In this document: piece after piece, positions 33,822 through 45,629 of the stretch | Layout: the number at the start of each line of letters is the position of its first letter | Numbering within the stretch: position 1 is the stretch's first letter | Assembly (NCBI RefSeq): GCF_016026235.1 | Contig: NZ_CP065613.1 | DNA: 64,000 nt | From: Escherichia coli | GTDB taxonomy: Bacteria; Pseudomonadota; Gammaproteobacteria; Enterobacterales; Enterobacteriaceae | Direction: 5' to 3' (one strand) | Program-made: the position numbers and the translations under genes | The notes under the pieces: model-generated | The model's input: only the letters and a program-made list of their open reading frames with translations | What the model was told of the DNA's origin: nothing | Database searches by the model: none

Positions 33822-33862
33822 ATCCCCGGCAGCATGTCAGTTGCCGGGGATTTTTTTTAACG
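33822..33862. terminator. bidirectional rho-independent terminator
   Basis: ccccggcagcatgtcagttgccgggg hairpin followed by attttttttt. Confidence 0.65.
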
Positions 33863-36076
33863 TCCAACCGCCGCTTTAGGGCGTTTCTTCGCACCAGCAT
33901 TCACCGGACGAGATTGCGTAGACGACGCTTTTTTTGCCGTAGCAGGCGTCTGACGCTGGGTCGCCATCGGCGTATGTTTCGTCAACGCCGGACGGGTATT
34001 GCGGTTCTGGCGACGAGCCTCACGCATCTCTTCAATGGTTGGCGCAGGCACTAAGCAATCGCGACGGCTGCCAATCAGATGCTTTTTGCCCATCGCTTCC
34101 AGCGCCTGGCGGATTAACGGCCAGTTTGCCGGATCGTGGTAACGCAACAACGCTTTATGCAAACGACGCTGTTTGTCGCCCTTCGGTACGAAGACGTCTT
34201 CACTCTTATAACCAATCTTCGCCAGCGGGTTTTTCCCGGTGTAATACATGGTGGTCGAGTTAGCCAGTGGCGATGGGTAGAAGTTCTGTACCTGGTCGAG
34301 ACGGAAACGATGCTTTTTCAGCCACAGCGCCAGATTCACCATATCTTCATCACGCGTACCGGGGTGCGCAGAGATGAAATACGGGATCAGATACTGCTCT
34401 TTACCTGCCTGTTTCGAGTAAGTATCGAACAGCTCTTTAAAGCGGTCATAGCTGCCCATGCCCGGCTTCATCATCTTCGATAACGGCCCTTCTTCGGTAT
34501 GTTCCGGGGCAATCTTCAGATAACCGCCGACGTGATGGGTCGCCAGTTCTTTGATATAGCGCGGATCTTCCACGGCGATGTCATAACGCACACCAGAGGC
34601 AATCAGGATCTTTTTAATGCCTTTCAGATCACGCGCACGGCGATAGAGGTTGATCGTTGGTTCGTGGTTCGTGTCCATGTGCGGACAAATATCCGGATAA
34701 ACGCACGACAAACGACGGCAGGTTTGTTCAGCGCGTGGCGATTTGCAGCGCAACATATACATGTTGGCAGTTGGCCCACCGAGATCGGAAATTACGCCCG
34801 TAAAACCTGGAACGGTGTCGCGGATCGCTTCGATCTCATTAATGATCGAATCTTCGGAACGGCTCTGAATAATGCGCCCTTCGTGCTCGGTGATAGAACA
34901 GAAAGAGCAGCCGCCAAAGCAGCCGCGCATAATGTTGACCGAAAAACGGATCATTTCGTAAGCCGGAATACGGGCATTGCCATAGGCCGGATGTGGCACG
35001 CGCTTGTATGGCAGCGCAAAAACGCTGTCCATCTCTTCGGTAGAAAGCGGAATAGCAGGCGGGTTGATCCACACATAGCGGTCGCCGTGTTTTTGCATCA
35101 ATGCGCGGGCACAGCCTGGGTTAGTTTCGTGGTGCAGAATACGCGAAGCATGGGCGTACAGCACTTTATCGCCCTTCACTTTCTCGAAAGAAGGCAGCAA
35201 CACGTAGGTTTTTTCCCACGGTTTCGGGCGCGGTGGCTGCACGGTTACGGCTTTGGCTTCCTGCTTTTTCGGTGCCACCGGTTTGTTATCCGCGCACGGC
35301 AAATCTTCACCATACGGATGCGGGATTGGGTCGATTTTTCCAGGGGTATCAAGACGGGTGGAATCCACGCCGCTCCAGCCTGGCAACGCCTCTTTTACGA
35401 TAATCGCAGTATTACGCACATCGCGGATTTCGCTAATTGGCTCGCCCATCGCCAGACGATGCGCCACCTCCACCAGCGGACGCTCACCGTTACCGAACAT
35501 CAGCATGTCGGCTTTCGAATCCACCAGCACGGAACGGCGCACGGTATCGGACCAGTAATCATAATGCGCGGTACGGCGCAGACTAGCCTCAATACCACCG
35601 AGGATCACCGGTACATCTTTCCACGCCTCTTTACAACGCTGGGTATAAACCAGTGTGGCGCGATCCGGGCGCTTACCCGCGACGTTATCCGGCGTGTAGG
35701 CATCGTCATGACGTAAACGGCGATCGGCGGTATAACGGTTGATCATCGAATCCATGTTGCCAGCAGTAACACCGAAAAACAGATTCGGTTTACCCAGACG
35801 CATGAAATCGTCTTTGCTGCTCCAGTCTGGCTGAGCGATGATCCCAACGCGAAAGCCCTGCGCTTCCAGCATACGACCGCAAATCGCCATCCCGAAGCTT
35901 GGGTGATCGACATACGCGTCGCCAGTAACCAAAATGATGTCGCAGCTATCCCAGCCAAGTTGATCCATCTCTTCACGAGACATCGGCAAAAACGGTGCCG
36001 GTCCAAAACAGGCGGCCCAGTACTGCGGCCATGAGAACAGGTCGCGATCCGGTTGGATCAGGGAGATAGAGCTCAT
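33857..36076 (-). CDS. ygiQ: radical SAM superfamily protein (UPF0313)
   Basis: 739 aa; CxxxCxxC radical-SAM motif; basic C-terminal tail. Confidence 0.85.
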   Translation of the reverse strand: MSSISLIQPDRDLFSWPQYWAACFGPAPFLPMSREEMDQLGWDSCDIILVTGDAYVDHPSFGMAICGRMLEAQGFRVGIIAQPDWSSKDDFMRLGKPNLFFGVTAGNMDSMINRYTADRRLRHDDAYTPDNVAGKRPDRATLVYTQRCKEAWKDVPVILGGIEASLRRTAHYDYWSDTVRRSVLVDSKADMLMFGNGERPLVEVAHRLAMGEPISEIRDVRNTAIIVKEALPGWSGVDSTRLDTPGKIDPIPHPYGEDLPCADNKPVAPKKQEAKAVTVQPPRPKPWEKTYVLLPSFEKVKGDKVLYAHASRILHHETNPGCARALMQKHGDRYVWINPPAIPLSTEEMDSVFALPYKRVPHPAYGNARIPAYEMIRFSVNIMRGCFGGCSFCSITEHEGRIIQSRSEDSIINEIEAIRDTVPGFTGVISDLGGPTANMYMLRCKSPRAEQTCRRLSCVYPDICPHMDTNHEPTINLYRRARDLKGIKKILIASGVRYDIAVEDPRYIKELATHHVGGYLKIAPEHTEEGPLSKMMKPGMGSYDRFKELFDTYSKQAGKEQYLIPYFISAHPGTRDEDMVNLALWLKKHRFRLDQVQNFYPSPLANSTTMYYTGKNPLAKIGYKSEDVFVPKGDKQRRLHKALLRYHDPANWPLIRQALEAMGKKHLIGSRRDCLVPAPTIEEMREARRQNRNTRPALTKHTPMATQRQTPATAKKASSTQSRPVNAGAKKRPKAAVGR

Positions 36077-36186
36077 TTTGCTTCCAGAAATGATAAAAAA
36101 ATAATCAAAGGCCGGGGATTATAAGCCGGAACGAAAGAGAAATCGAAAAGTATTCCATACTCGCCCTCCTCGGGCGAGTATGAAGA

Positions 36187-37599
36187 TTACGGTACCGGAT
36201 TGACTAACAGTTGCCCAATCGAGCCACGGTCCGCCATTTCCAGCGTCTGACTGTTGAAGTAGAACGGGAAGTGCGCCCAGGAAGGCTGACCGAAATAAAC
36301 AAGCAGCTCCACTTGTCCGTCAACCCAAACGGTATCTTTCCAGCCTCTGTCTTCCGGGAACGGCATCGCACCATTCACGTTACGGATCTGGAACATCACG
36401 CCTTCAATATGGAACGCTTGCGGCTCGTCCGCGCGTACCGTCCAGCGTTCCCACGTTCCTTGCTGCGCGGTGACATCAATACGGTTGACGTCCCACAGTT
36501 GTCCATTAATACCCGGGTCATCACCCAGACTGATATCGCGACTGCGAATCGGCGAACCGGCCATGATTTCAGTTGGCAGCAAGCGCATCGGAAGACTGTC
36601 TGTGACCAGCGGCAGAAGGCCGGTTGGGCGCAGCGTTAGCACCAGGGTAGAAACCAGAATGCTGGATGGCTCAAAGAAGCCACGAATACGATCAACAATG
36701 CTCGCCGCTTCGCCACAGGTGATCGACACTTCATCACCGTTGCTCATATCCACCAGAATCTCGCGGCGCTCGCCCGGTGCCAGCGAAAGTTGCTTCACCG
36801 ATACAGGAGCAGGCAGGAATCCCTGATCGCCAGAAATCACATGTAACGGGCGACCATCGCTCATCTGTAGTTGATAGCGACGAGAGTTCGACGCGTTCAG
36901 CAGTCGCAAGCGCACCCAGCCACGCGAGACTTCAACGTACGGGCTTTGTACACCGTTAACCAGCAGCGTATCACCAACAAAGCCGCCGCTTCCCGGTTCG
37001 TTGTATTCTGGCGTACCAAAGTTATCCAGCCGTTTATCCTGGATAATGACCGGAAAATCATCCACACCATAATGGTTGGGGATAGGCAGCGACTTGCTGA
37101 CTTCATCTTCCACCAGCCACATTCCGGCAAGGCCGTTATAGACCTGCTGAGCCGTGCGGTTGGGAGTATTGGCGTGATACCACAGAGTAGCTGCGTTCTG
37201 GCGAATGGGCAGTACGGGTGCCCAGTCAGCGTTTGGCGACATCATCCGTGCCGGACCGCCCATCAGCGGGCCTGGTACCTGTAGCCCGGCCACCGTCATT
37301 GAGACATTTTCTGTCAGGCGGTTGCTGTAAATAAGCTTAACATCGTCGCCCTTCCAGACGCGGATAGTCGGCCCCAGGTAACGACCATTGATTCCCCAGA
37401 CCGACGCGCGTGTCCCTGGCGTAAATGACCAGTGCGCACGTTGTACAGTCATAAACAGCGGTTGCCCACGGCGAGATTCAAGTAGCGGCGGAACGGGTAG
37501 CGGTTGCTGTTGCCCGGCTGCGCTGGCCTTCAGGGGAACAGCGCCTGCACAAAGTGCAATCCCCGATGCCTGAATGAACTGACGCCGACTGAGTGACAT
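36187..37599 (-). CDS. ftsP: cell-division protein, multicopper-oxidase-like, Tat-exported
   Basis: 470 aa; twin-arginine signal SRRQFIQAS. Confidence 0.9.
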   Translation of the reverse strand: MSLSRRQFIQASGIALCAGAVPLKASAAGQQQPLPVPPLLESRRGQPLFMTVQRAHWSFTPGTRASVWGINGRYLGPTIRVWKGDDVKLIYSNRLTENVSMTVAGLQVPGPLMGGPARMMSPNADWAPVLPIRQNAATLWYHANTPNRTAQQVYNGLAGMWLVEDEVSKSLPIPNHYGVDDFPVIIQDKRLDNFGTPEYNEPGSGGFVGDTLLVNGVQSPYVEVSRGWVRLRLLNASNSRRYQLQMSDGRPLHVISGDQGFLPAPVSVKQLSLAPGERREILVDMSNGDEVSITCGEAASIVDRIRGFFEPSSILVSTLVLTLRPTGLLPLVTDSLPMRLLPTEIMAGSPIRSRDISLGDDPGINGQLWDVNRIDVTAQQGTWERWTVRADEPQAFHIEGVMFQIRNVNGAMPFPEDRGWKDTVWVDGQVELLVYFGQPSWAHFPFYFNSQTLEMADRGSIGQLLVNPVP

Positions 37600-37673
37600 A
37601 TTTGCTCCATGTAAAACTGGCTAAAGTAATACCGTGCAGGAAAGTATTCCCCGCAAAAATACAGATTGCCGAC

Positions 37674-38411
37674 TTAAACTTTTCCGGCGGCTTCGCGTTC
37701 TGCGACTTCTTTATCGAGCTCGGCGATTTTTTGTTCCATTATCGAACGACAATGGGCAGCCAGCTCACGAACCTGATCTTTGCCATACTGACTGACGTCA
37801 ATTGGCGGCAGCATTTCGACAATCACCAGACCGTTGTGCAGTCGATTAAGATTAATCTTATTCGAAGTTGTAGAGACGCACACGGGAATAATCGGGACGC
37901 CCGCCGCAATTGCCGCGTGAAATGCTCCAGTCTTGAACGGTAGCAGGCCGCGACCACGGCTGCGGGTTCCTTCCGGGAACATCCAGATGGAAATACGGCG
38001 TTTTTTGAAATGATTCACGACTTCCGCAATGGTGCCGTGAGCTTTAGTGCGATTGTTTCTGTCGATCAATAAGTTGCCGGTTAACCAGTACAACTGCCCG
38101 AAGAAGGGGATCCACAGCAAGCTCTTTTTACCTACCGTCACCGTCGGCGGTTGCACAATGTTCGATGCTGTCACCATGTCATAGTTGTTCTGGTGGTTAG
38201 CGATATAGATAGCATTGCCGTAGCTTTCAGCATCTGCAGATTTGCGGCACTCAACTTTCAGGCCGAACAGCGGCGCAAGACGGCCAAACATATGCCCAAA
38301 GGTGGCCACATGTTTCGGGTTACGCGGGCTGAAAAGGCAGTAAATGGAGCCGAATACACAGACTAAGATGCTGTAAATCACGGTAATAATAAGACGAAAG
38401 ATATATAGCAT
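37674..38411 (-). CDS. plsC: 1-acyl-sn-glycerol-3-phosphate acyltransferase
   Basis: 245 aa; HQNNYD acyltransferase motif. Confidence 0.9.
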   Translation of the reverse strand: MLYIFRLIITVIYSILVCVFGSIYCLFSPRNPKHVATFGHMFGRLAPLFGLKVECRKSADAESYGNAIYIANHQNNYDMVTASNIVQPPTVTVGKKSLLWIPFFGQLYWLTGNLLIDRNNRTKAHGTIAEVVNHFKKRRISIWMFPEGTRSRGRGLLPFKTGAFHAAIAAGVPIIPVCVSTTSNKINLNRLHNGLVIVEMLPPIDVSQYGKDQVRELAAHCRSIMEQKIAELDKEVAEREAAGKV

Positions 38412-38643
38412 AGCACCCTCTGAAGGTCTGAGAGACTGGCATTGTACGTCACCTGAAATCAGGTTAGGGCATTGTTAAAAGCCGCTCTCTGGAAAAGCGT
38501 ATTGTTAATCGCAACGCATGAATAAACAACGGTTTCAAGGGAATTTTTATCGTTTCCGGGGGTTGAATACGCTGCCGGATGACGACTTAACGTTTCATCC
38601 GGCGTTCCTTGCAAGCGGGAGGAAACAGGCCCTCCCCGGCATA

Positions 38644-40902
38644 TTACTCTTCGCTATCACCGCTGCTGGCACGGCGAGGAGAGTCGATCTCAACACGATC
38701 GATACGCTGCAAACCGCGCATCAACGTACCGCGGCGTCCACGTTCGCCAGTGACTTTCTGTAACTCTTCCGGGCGCAGTTTAATTTTGCGTTTCCCAACA
38801 TGAATGGTCAGCGTGCTTTGCGGCGGCAGAACGTACAATTGCGCCAGACCATCTTCTCCACGCGCGGCTTCTGCCGATGGAATGTTGATAATCTTGTTGC
38901 CTTTGCCCTTCGACAGCTGCGGCAGATCACTTACCGGGAACATCAACATACGGCCTGCCTGAGTGATTGCCAGCAGCATATCGGAAGCATCTTCAATCAC
39001 CACCGGCGGCATAACATGGGCATTTTCCGGTAAGGTGATCAAAGCCTTACCTGCACGGTTACGCGCCACCAGATCGTTAAAGGTGCAGACGAAACCGTAA
39101 CCCGCATCGGAAGCCATCAGCAGTTTCTGATCGTCGCTTTCCATCAGCATATGGTCAACGGTCGCCCCAGGCGGCAACGTTAATTTGCCGGTGAGTGGTT
39201 CGCCCTGACCACGCGCCGACGGCAGCGTAATCGGGTCGATGGCATAGCTACGACCGGTGGAATCAACAAACACTACCGGTTGGTTGCTCTTACCTTTCAC
39301 CGCCGCTTTGAAGCTATCACCCGCTTTATAATTCAGGCCCGGCGCGTCGATATCATGGCCTTTAGCGCTGCGTACCCAGCCCATCTGCGACAGCACAATG
39401 GTGACAGGTTCAGACGGCAGCATGTCGTGCTCGCTCATCGCTTTCGCTTCTTCGCGTTCCTGCAACGGCGAACGACGATCGTCACCGTAGGCTTGCGCGT
39501 CTGCCTGCAGTTCTTTCTTCAGCAGGTTATTCATTTTACGCTCGGAAGCCAAAATGCCCTGCAACTGGTCGCGCTCTTTTTCCAGCTCACTCTGCTCACC
39601 GCGAATCTTCATCTCTTCCAGTTTGGCAAGATGACGCAGTTTCAGTTCGAGGATCGCTTCCGCCTGGGTTTCCGTAAGGCCAAACCGCGACATCAGCGCC
39701 GGTTTCGGTTCATCTTCGTTACGAATGATCTCAATCACTTCGTCGATGTTGAGAAACGCCACCAGCAAACCTTCCAGGATATGCAGGCGCTTGAGGACTT
39801 TCTCCAGACGATAGTTCAGTCGGCGGCGCACGGTATCGCGACGGAACACCAGCCATTCGGAGAGGATTTCCAGCAGGTTTTTCACCGCCGGACGACCATC
39901 CAGACCGATCATATTGAGGTTAATGCGATAGCTCTTTTCCAGATCGGTGGTAGCGAAGAGGTGGTTCATCACCTGATCCATATCCACGCGGTTGGAACGC
40001 GGCACAATCACCAGACGGGTCGGGTTCTCGTGGTCAGATTCATCGCGCAGATCGTCAACCATCGGCAGCTTTTTGTTGCGCATTTGCGCAGCAATTTGCT
40101 CCAGTACGCGCGCACCTGAAACCTGATGCGGTAATGCGCTAATAACCACCGCGCCATCTTCTTTCTTCCACACCGCGCGCATACGCACTGAACCACGTCC
40201 GTTCTCGTAGATTTTACGAATCTCGGCGCGCGAAGTGATAATTTCCGCTTCAGTCGGATAATCCGGCCCCTGCACGATATCCAGCAGCTGATCGAGCGTG
40301 GTTTTCGGCTGGTCGATTAATGCGATTGCCGCCTGAGCTACTTCACGCAGGTTATGCGGTGGAATATCGGTCGCCATGCCGACGGCAATACCGGTGGTGC
40401 CGTTAAGCAAAATGTTTGGCAGACGGGCAGGCAGCATTTTCGGCTCCTGCAAAGTGCCGTCGAAGTTTGGCACCCAGTCAGCCGTCCCCTGCCCCAGCTC
40501 GCTCAATAGCAGCTCGGAATATTTCGACAACCGGGATTCGGTGTAACGCATTGCCGCGAACGATTTCGGATCGTCCGGCGCGCCCCAGTTCCCCTGACCA
40601 TCAACCAGCGGATAACGGTAAGAGAACGGCTGCGCCATCAGGACCATCGCTTCATAACAGGCGCTATCGCCGTGCGGATGGTATTTACCCAGTACGTCAC
40701 CGACGGTACGGGCCGATTTTTTAAATTTGGCGCTGGCATTCAGGCCCAGTTCAGACATCGCATACACAATGCGGCGCTGAACAGGTTTCAGACCATCACC
40801 AATAAACGGCAACGCACGGTCCATGATCACGTACATGGAGTAGTTTAAGTAGGCGTTTTCCGTAAATTCATGTAGCGCAAGGCGCTCTGCCATATCGCTC
40901 AT
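38644..40902 (-). CDS. parC: DNA topoisomerase IV subunit A
   Basis: 752 aa. Confidence 0.95.
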
Positions 40903-41447
40903 TAATTCTGATTCCTCAACTTATTCGCCAGCCTTCAAAGGGGCAATATTGCCGGAGATACTACATTATCTGCCGCGTCGAGTCACAGGAGATCAGCGTG
41001 AATAGCGCCGCCGGACGTGCTCCGACGGCGATAAAGGCATCAATGTGCCTTGATATACAACTCTTTGCTGTAGACTTGATCGGCATAGAGGGCAGCACAA
41101 GGTTGCGCCCATGCCACACCACTCGGCATGGGGGTCCGCTCCGGGCGATTCGAGAAGTTGAGGTTATGCGAGTCCAGGGAAGCCTAAAGCATCAAAGTAG
41201 TCGACTGTAAGTATACGGTTCAGCCCAGTTTAGCTGTGTCTCCACCAGTGCCCCGCGCCTCCTGCCATAAGTGCGGCTTGCTCATGGATACCCCCGAGAC
41301 GGCTTACGGCGCACCGGATAATAAATTTCGCGTATACATGGTATTCCTTACCGGAGAAATTATAAGCCCAACAACAATACGCCTGTGGCATTGTTCGCTC
41401 AAACTTATCGCGAGTGATTTGGCTCACACTCCGGTAAAGATTCCCCA

Positions 41448-41930
41448 TCACGCTAACGGCACATAAACATCCGTTTCCAGTCGCTGCTCTGTCACCCCTT
41501 CGGCAAGATTGGTGTAGTGAAACAGAATCGGTGCTTTACGCATTTTCTCGCCGCTTGCAGGCAGCCAGTGGCGAATAATGCCCCATATCGTGTGTGAAAT
41601 ATCGTCCAGCTCGCCAACGTGGCGGGCCACGGCATAACGTCCACCGGTAAGTTCACCATTGCTCACACCATAACGATTATCGGGAATCGGTTCGCTAACG
41701 CTGCCGCAGATATCAAAGCGAAACGCTTCCGGTGCGGTGGTGGCAGGGTCGTCCCAGGCGACGCCAAAAGTCTGGCTTTGGTTAACAGGAGAAAGCCCCG
41801 TCTCTTTACGCCACATGATAAATTTCGCCACACTGTAGTTGAGCAACTCAGGGCTACAGCGGTGCGGCAACATCGCCACAGGGATTGATGGGAAATCGAT
41901 AATGTTTACATCCAGTGTCAGGTTTGTCAT
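41448..41930 (-). CDS. ygiV: GyrI-like domain transcriptional regulator
   Basis: 160 aa. Confidence 0.8.
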   Translation of the reverse strand: MTNLTLDVNIIDFPSIPVAMLPHRCSPELLNYSVAKFIMWRKETGLSPVNQSQTFGVAWDDPATTAPEAFRFDICGSVSEPIPDNRYGVSNGELTGGRYAVARHVGELDDISHTIWGIIRHWLPASGEKMRKAPILFHYTNLAEGVTEQRLETDVYVPLA

Positions 41931-41982
41931 TTTGCCTCCCTGCGAAATTATTCCCGGGAACGCGTCCCGGGAGCGGTAACAA

Positions 41983-42375
41983 TTACGGATTTACTTTGCG
42001 GATCTGTTTGACGTCAATTTCAACAGAATTCCAGTCTTTATCGACTTCACCCTGAATCTCAACCGTATCTTTCGGCGTCACCGTCACACCGTTCCAGCGT
42101 TTGTGGTCGATATCAACATTGATAGTACCGCTGGCATCTTTAAACACGTAGAGATCGTCAGAGATGCGTTCAACGATATTGCCGCGCAGGGTTACCCAGG
42201 TGTCGTCACGCAGGGATTTTGCGCTTTCTACGGTCGTTACGCTGCCGTTCGGCCCCTGGAATCCTCCGGCCTGACTTTGCGTTGCCGATGGGCCAGAAAA
42301 ACCGCCCTGCTCTGCTGCCATCACCGGTGCGCTGCACAGGGCCATTACTGCGATTACTGCTGCGAATTTTTTCAT
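41983..42375 (-). CDS. ygiW: BOF/YgiW-family periplasmic stress protein
   Basis: 130 aa from MKKFAAVIAV with signal peptide. Confidence 0.8.
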   Translation of the reverse strand: MKKFAAVIAVMALCSAPVMAAEQGGFSGPSATQSQAGGFQGPNGSVTTVESAKSLRDDTWVTLRGNIVERISDDLYVFKDASGTINVDIDHKRWNGVTVTPKDTVEIQGEVDKDWNSVEIDVKQIRKVNP

Positions 42376-42526
42376 GTTTATTACTCCCTTTAATGTCTGT
42401 TTCCGAGCATTTAACAAGATAGTCCTTAACAACTTCTTAAGGGAAAAAAATAAAATTTAGTGCTGTACAGAGCGCGTTACAACACGGTTTACTGGCAGCA
42501 AATACGGTTATCGCAGGGATGAAAAA

Positions 42527-43186
42527 ATGCGAATTTTACTGATAGAAGATGACATGCTGATTGGCGACGGCATCAAAACGGGCCTTAGTAAAATGGGTTT
42601 TAGCGTCGACTGGTTTACACAAGGTCGTCAGGGAAAAGAGGCGCTTTATAGCGCGCCTTATGATGCGGTGATTCTGGATTTAACCTTACCAGGCATGGAT
42701 GGTCGCGATATTTTGCGCGAATGGCGAGAAAAAGGTCAGCGTGAGCCGGTACTGATCCTGACCGCGCGCGATGCGCTGGAGGAACGTGTAGAAGGGCTGC
42801 GTCTGGGAGCTGACGATTATCTGTGTAAACCTTTTGCGTTGATAGAAGTCGCCGCCAGGCTGGAAGCTCTGATGCGCCGAACCAACGGCCAGGCCAGCAA
42901 CGAGCTGCGCCACGGTAACGTCATGCTCGACCCCGGCAAACGTATCGCCACGCTGGCTGGCGAACCCTTAACACTGAAACCAAAAGAATTTGCCCTGCTG
43001 GAATTACTGATGCGTAACGCTGGTCGGGTACTGCCGCGCAAACTGATTGAAGAGAAACTGTATACCTGGGACGAAGAGGTCACCAGTAATGCCGTTGAAG
43101 TGCATGTGCATCATCTGCGACGCAAACTCGGTAGTGATTTTATTCGTACCGTGCATGGTATTGGCTACACATTAGGTGAGAAATGA
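42527..43186 (+). CDS. qseB: two-component response regulator (OmpR family)
   Basis: 219 aa. Confidence 0.9.
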   Translation: MRILLIEDDMLIGDGIKTGLSKMGFSVDWFTQGRQGKEALYSAPYDAVILDLTLPGMDGRDILREWREKGQREPVLILTARDALEERVEGLRLGADDYLCKPFALIEVAARLEALMRRTNGQASNELRHGNVMLDPGKRIATLAGEPLTLKPKEFALLELLMRNAGRVLPRKLIEEKLYTWDEEVTSNAVEVHVHHLRRKLGSDFIRTVHGIGYTLGEK

Positions 43187-44532
43187 AATTTACCCAACGT
43201 CTTAGTCTGCGCGTCAGGCTGACGCTAATCTTTTTAATTCTGGCCTCGGTGACCTGGCTGCTTTCCAGCTTTGTCGCCTGGAAACAAACAACGGATAACG
43301 TCGATGAATTGTTCGACACCCAACTGATGCTGTTTGCCAAGCGGTTAAGTACGCTCGATCTCAACGAAATCAACGCGGCGGATCGCATGGCACAGACGCC
43401 AAATAAATTAAAACACGGTCATGTTGATGACGATGCGCTGACCTTTGCCATCTTTACCCACGACGGCAGAATGGTCCTTAACGATGGCGATAACGGAGAA
43501 GATATTCCTTATAGCTATCAACGGGAAGGTTTTGCTGACGGGCAACTGGTGGGCGATAAAGATCAATGGCGTTTTGTCTGGATGACCTCACCTGATGGCA
43601 AATATCGCATCGTTGTTGGTCAGGAATGGGAATACCGTGAAGACATGGCGCTGGCGATTGTTGCCGGGCAATTGATCCCGTGGCTGGTCGCACTGCCGAT
43701 TATGTTAATCATCATGATGGTACTATTGGGTCGTGAACTCGCTCCGCTGAACAAACTGGCGCTGGCGCTGCGTATGCGTGACCCTGACTCGGAAAAACCA
43801 CTAAACGCGACTGGCGTACCCAGCGAAGTGCGTCCGTTGGTTGAGTCGCTAAATCAACTGTTCGCCCGCACACATGCGATGATGGTTCGTGAACGACGCT
43901 TTACCTCCGACGCAGCTCACGAACTACGTAGCCCGTTAACGGCGCTGAAAGTGCAAACCGAAGTTGCGCAGCTTTCTGACGATGATCCGCAAGCGCGGAA
44001 AAAAGCGCTGCTTCAATTACATTACGGGATCGATCGCGCTACTCGTCTGGTTGATCAACTGCTCACTCTATCGCGGCTGGACTCACTGGATAACCTTCAG
44101 GACGTCGCGGAGATCCCGCTTGAAGATCTCCTGCAATCGTCGGTGATGGATATTTACCACACGGCGCAGCAGGCGAAAATTGACGTGCGACTGACACTCA
44201 ATGCCCACGGCATCAAACGCACCGGACAACCGCTATTGCTAAGTTTGTTGGTGCGAAATTTGCTGGATAACGCCGTGCGCTACAGTCCACAGGGCAGCGT
44301 GGTAGACGTCACGCTGAATGCTGATAACTTCATCGTGAGGGATAACGGCCCCGGTGTGACACCAGAGGCACTGGCGCGAATTGGCGAACGCTTCTATCGC
44401 CCACCCGGACAAACCGCTACCGGCAGCGGGCTTGGGCTATCGATTGTCCAGCGAATCGCCAAATTGCATGGCATGAATGTTGAATTTGGGAATGCGGAAC
44501 AAGGTGGATTTGAGGCGAAGGTAAGCTGGTAA
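43183..44532 (+). CDS. qseC: two-component sensor histidine kinase
   Basis: 449 aa; H-box HELRSPL; 4-bp overlap with qseB. Confidence 0.9.
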   Translation: MKFTQRLSLRVRLTLIFLILASVTWLLSSFVAWKQTTDNVDELFDTQLMLFAKRLSTLDLNEINAADRMAQTPNKLKHGHVDDDALTFAIFTHDGRMVLNDGDNGEDIPYSYQREGFADGQLVGDKDQWRFVWMTSPDGKYRIVVGQEWEYREDMALAIVAGQLIPWLVALPIMLIIMMVLLGRELAPLNKLALALRMRDPDSEKPLNATGVPSEVRPLVESLNQLFARTHAMMVRERRFTSDAAHELRSPLTALKVQTEVAQLSDDDPQARKKALLQLHYGIDRATRLVDQLLTLSRLDSLDNLQDVAEIPLEDLLQSSVMDIYHTAQQAKIDVRLTLNAHGIKRTGQPLLLSLLVRNLLDNAVRYSPQGSVVDVTLNADNFIVRDNGPGVTPEALARIGERFYRPPGQTATGSGLGLSIVQRIAKLHGMNVEFGNAEQGGFEAKVSW

Positions 44533-44540
44533 CTTCTCTG

Positions 44541-44573
44541 TCTATGAGAGCCGTTAAAACGACTCTCATAGAT
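44541..44573. terminator. bidirectional stem-loop between qseC and ygiZ
   Basis: ctatgagag / ctctcatag inverted repeat followed by attttact. Confidence 0.5.
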
Positions 44574-44577
44574 TTTA

Positions 44578-44910
44578 CTAATAGCAAAATATAAACCGTC
44601 CCCAAAAAAGCCACCAACCACAAACCAGACAAATACCGAGCGAGAATACATATACCCAAAACTCGAACATTTCCCGCATAAAGAGTTTTCTTAAGATAAG
44701 AATAATAAGTGGCGTAAGAAGAAAAAATGCTGCAATCATTGCTTGCAATATACGATCTTCGCCTGAAACGGAAGGTATACTGCAAATATTGCCTCCCGAG
44801 TCAAGCATCCAGTCATACTTATTGAAAGCAAAAAAAGCATCTATTAACCAATAAGTAAGCATTATGTATAATAATGCTTCAAATATTGATAGTAGTTGTT
44901 TTTTTAACAT
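44578..44910 (-). CDS. ygiZ: small three-TM inner-membrane protein; candidate immunity protein for the upstream effector
   Basis: 110 aa, AT-rich, 6 bp downstream of the effector-like gene on the same strand. Confidence 0.7.
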   Translation of the reverse strand: MLKKQLLSIFEALLYIMLTYWLIDAFFAFNKYDWMLDSGGNICSIPSVSGEDRILQAMIAAFFLLTPLIILILRKLFMREMFEFWVYVFSLGICLVCGWWLFWGRFIFCY

Positions 44911-44916
44911 GTCTGA

Positions 44917-45627
44917 TTACTCATTAATCAATTTTTTGATATGTTCTCTAATCTCTAACAACCTCATACCATAAGAGATGAATTTATAATCATCTGTATC
45001 ACGCGCAGGCAAATTATTAATTAAATAAATAAAAAACCCCAAATCTCGTTCAACACCACGATTATATCTAATACCAGCCATAATATACTGCTCATTCGTC
45101 ATATACAGTGTTGCCGAAGAGGGATAATCAAAAAGGGCAAGATCTCTTAAATGAGTAGCAGCAATTTGAAACGTAAAATCATCTTCCATTAGGCATGTCG
45201 CTAACTCTAACTGATTTCTGGTAGTTAATTCTGAAGGGTCAAGACCTAGAGTAATCGCTGCGGTTCGTATTTGTATACCCATTGAGCCAAATGATGTTTT
45301 ATTTTCAGGCATATCTAACAATCCAATCATTCTTTTTGTTTCATATATCTGAAACTTATAATTTTCAGGCATACCTCCTGACTCAATCCAGGCCACACCG
45401 CCCAGTAACTCTGGACGAATCCCAGCGGCATATGCATGTTTAATTATTTTGTCCCTATTATATTGTACATATGCATCTTTATAAGCATTTAAATAATATA
45501 CTCCCGAACGGCGACGCGAATCATTTTTTCCTAACTTCCAGAGTAAAACGTCCATTTCATCCCATTTACGGAACTTAGTTTGTGGAATTGTACAATAGCT
45601 ATTTTTTATAGTGAGATCGCTTTTCAT
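44917..45627 (-). CDS. candidate T6SS cargo effector with lysozyme-like / lytic-transglycosylase-like motifs
   Basis: ORF 44917-45654; AT-rich; motifs AWIESGG, SMGIQIRTAA and AGIRYNRG resemble the ES / GLMQ / AYNAG motifs of SLT domains (weak, by eye). Confidence 0.45.
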   Translation of the reverse strand: MKSDLTIKNSYCTIPQTKFRKWDEMDVLLWKLGKNDSRRRSGVYYLNAYKDAYVQYNRDKIIKHAYAAGIRPELLGGVAWIESGGMPENYKFQIYETKRMIGLLDMPENKTSFGSMGIQIRTAAITLGLDPSELTTRNQLELATCLMEDDFTFQIAATHLRDLALFDYPSSATLYMTNEQYIMAGIRYNRGVERDLGFFIYLINNLPARDTDDYKFISYGMRLLEIREHIKKLINE

Positions 45628-45629
45628 AT

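Noticed and set aside
34499-35716. 405-aa ORF on the plus strand
   Set aside because: Antisense to the radical SAM gene ygiQ; shadow ORF.
39280-40119. 279-aa ORF on the plus strand
   Set aside because: Antisense to parC; shadow ORF.
40998-41466. Small ORFs (70-76 aa) or a structured RNA (for example retron msr/msd) in the parC/ygiV intergenic region
   Set aside because: No ribosome-binding context or recognisable motif for the ORFs, and no reverse transcriptase gene or conserved a1/a2 repeats to support a retron; left as unannotated intergenic DNA.
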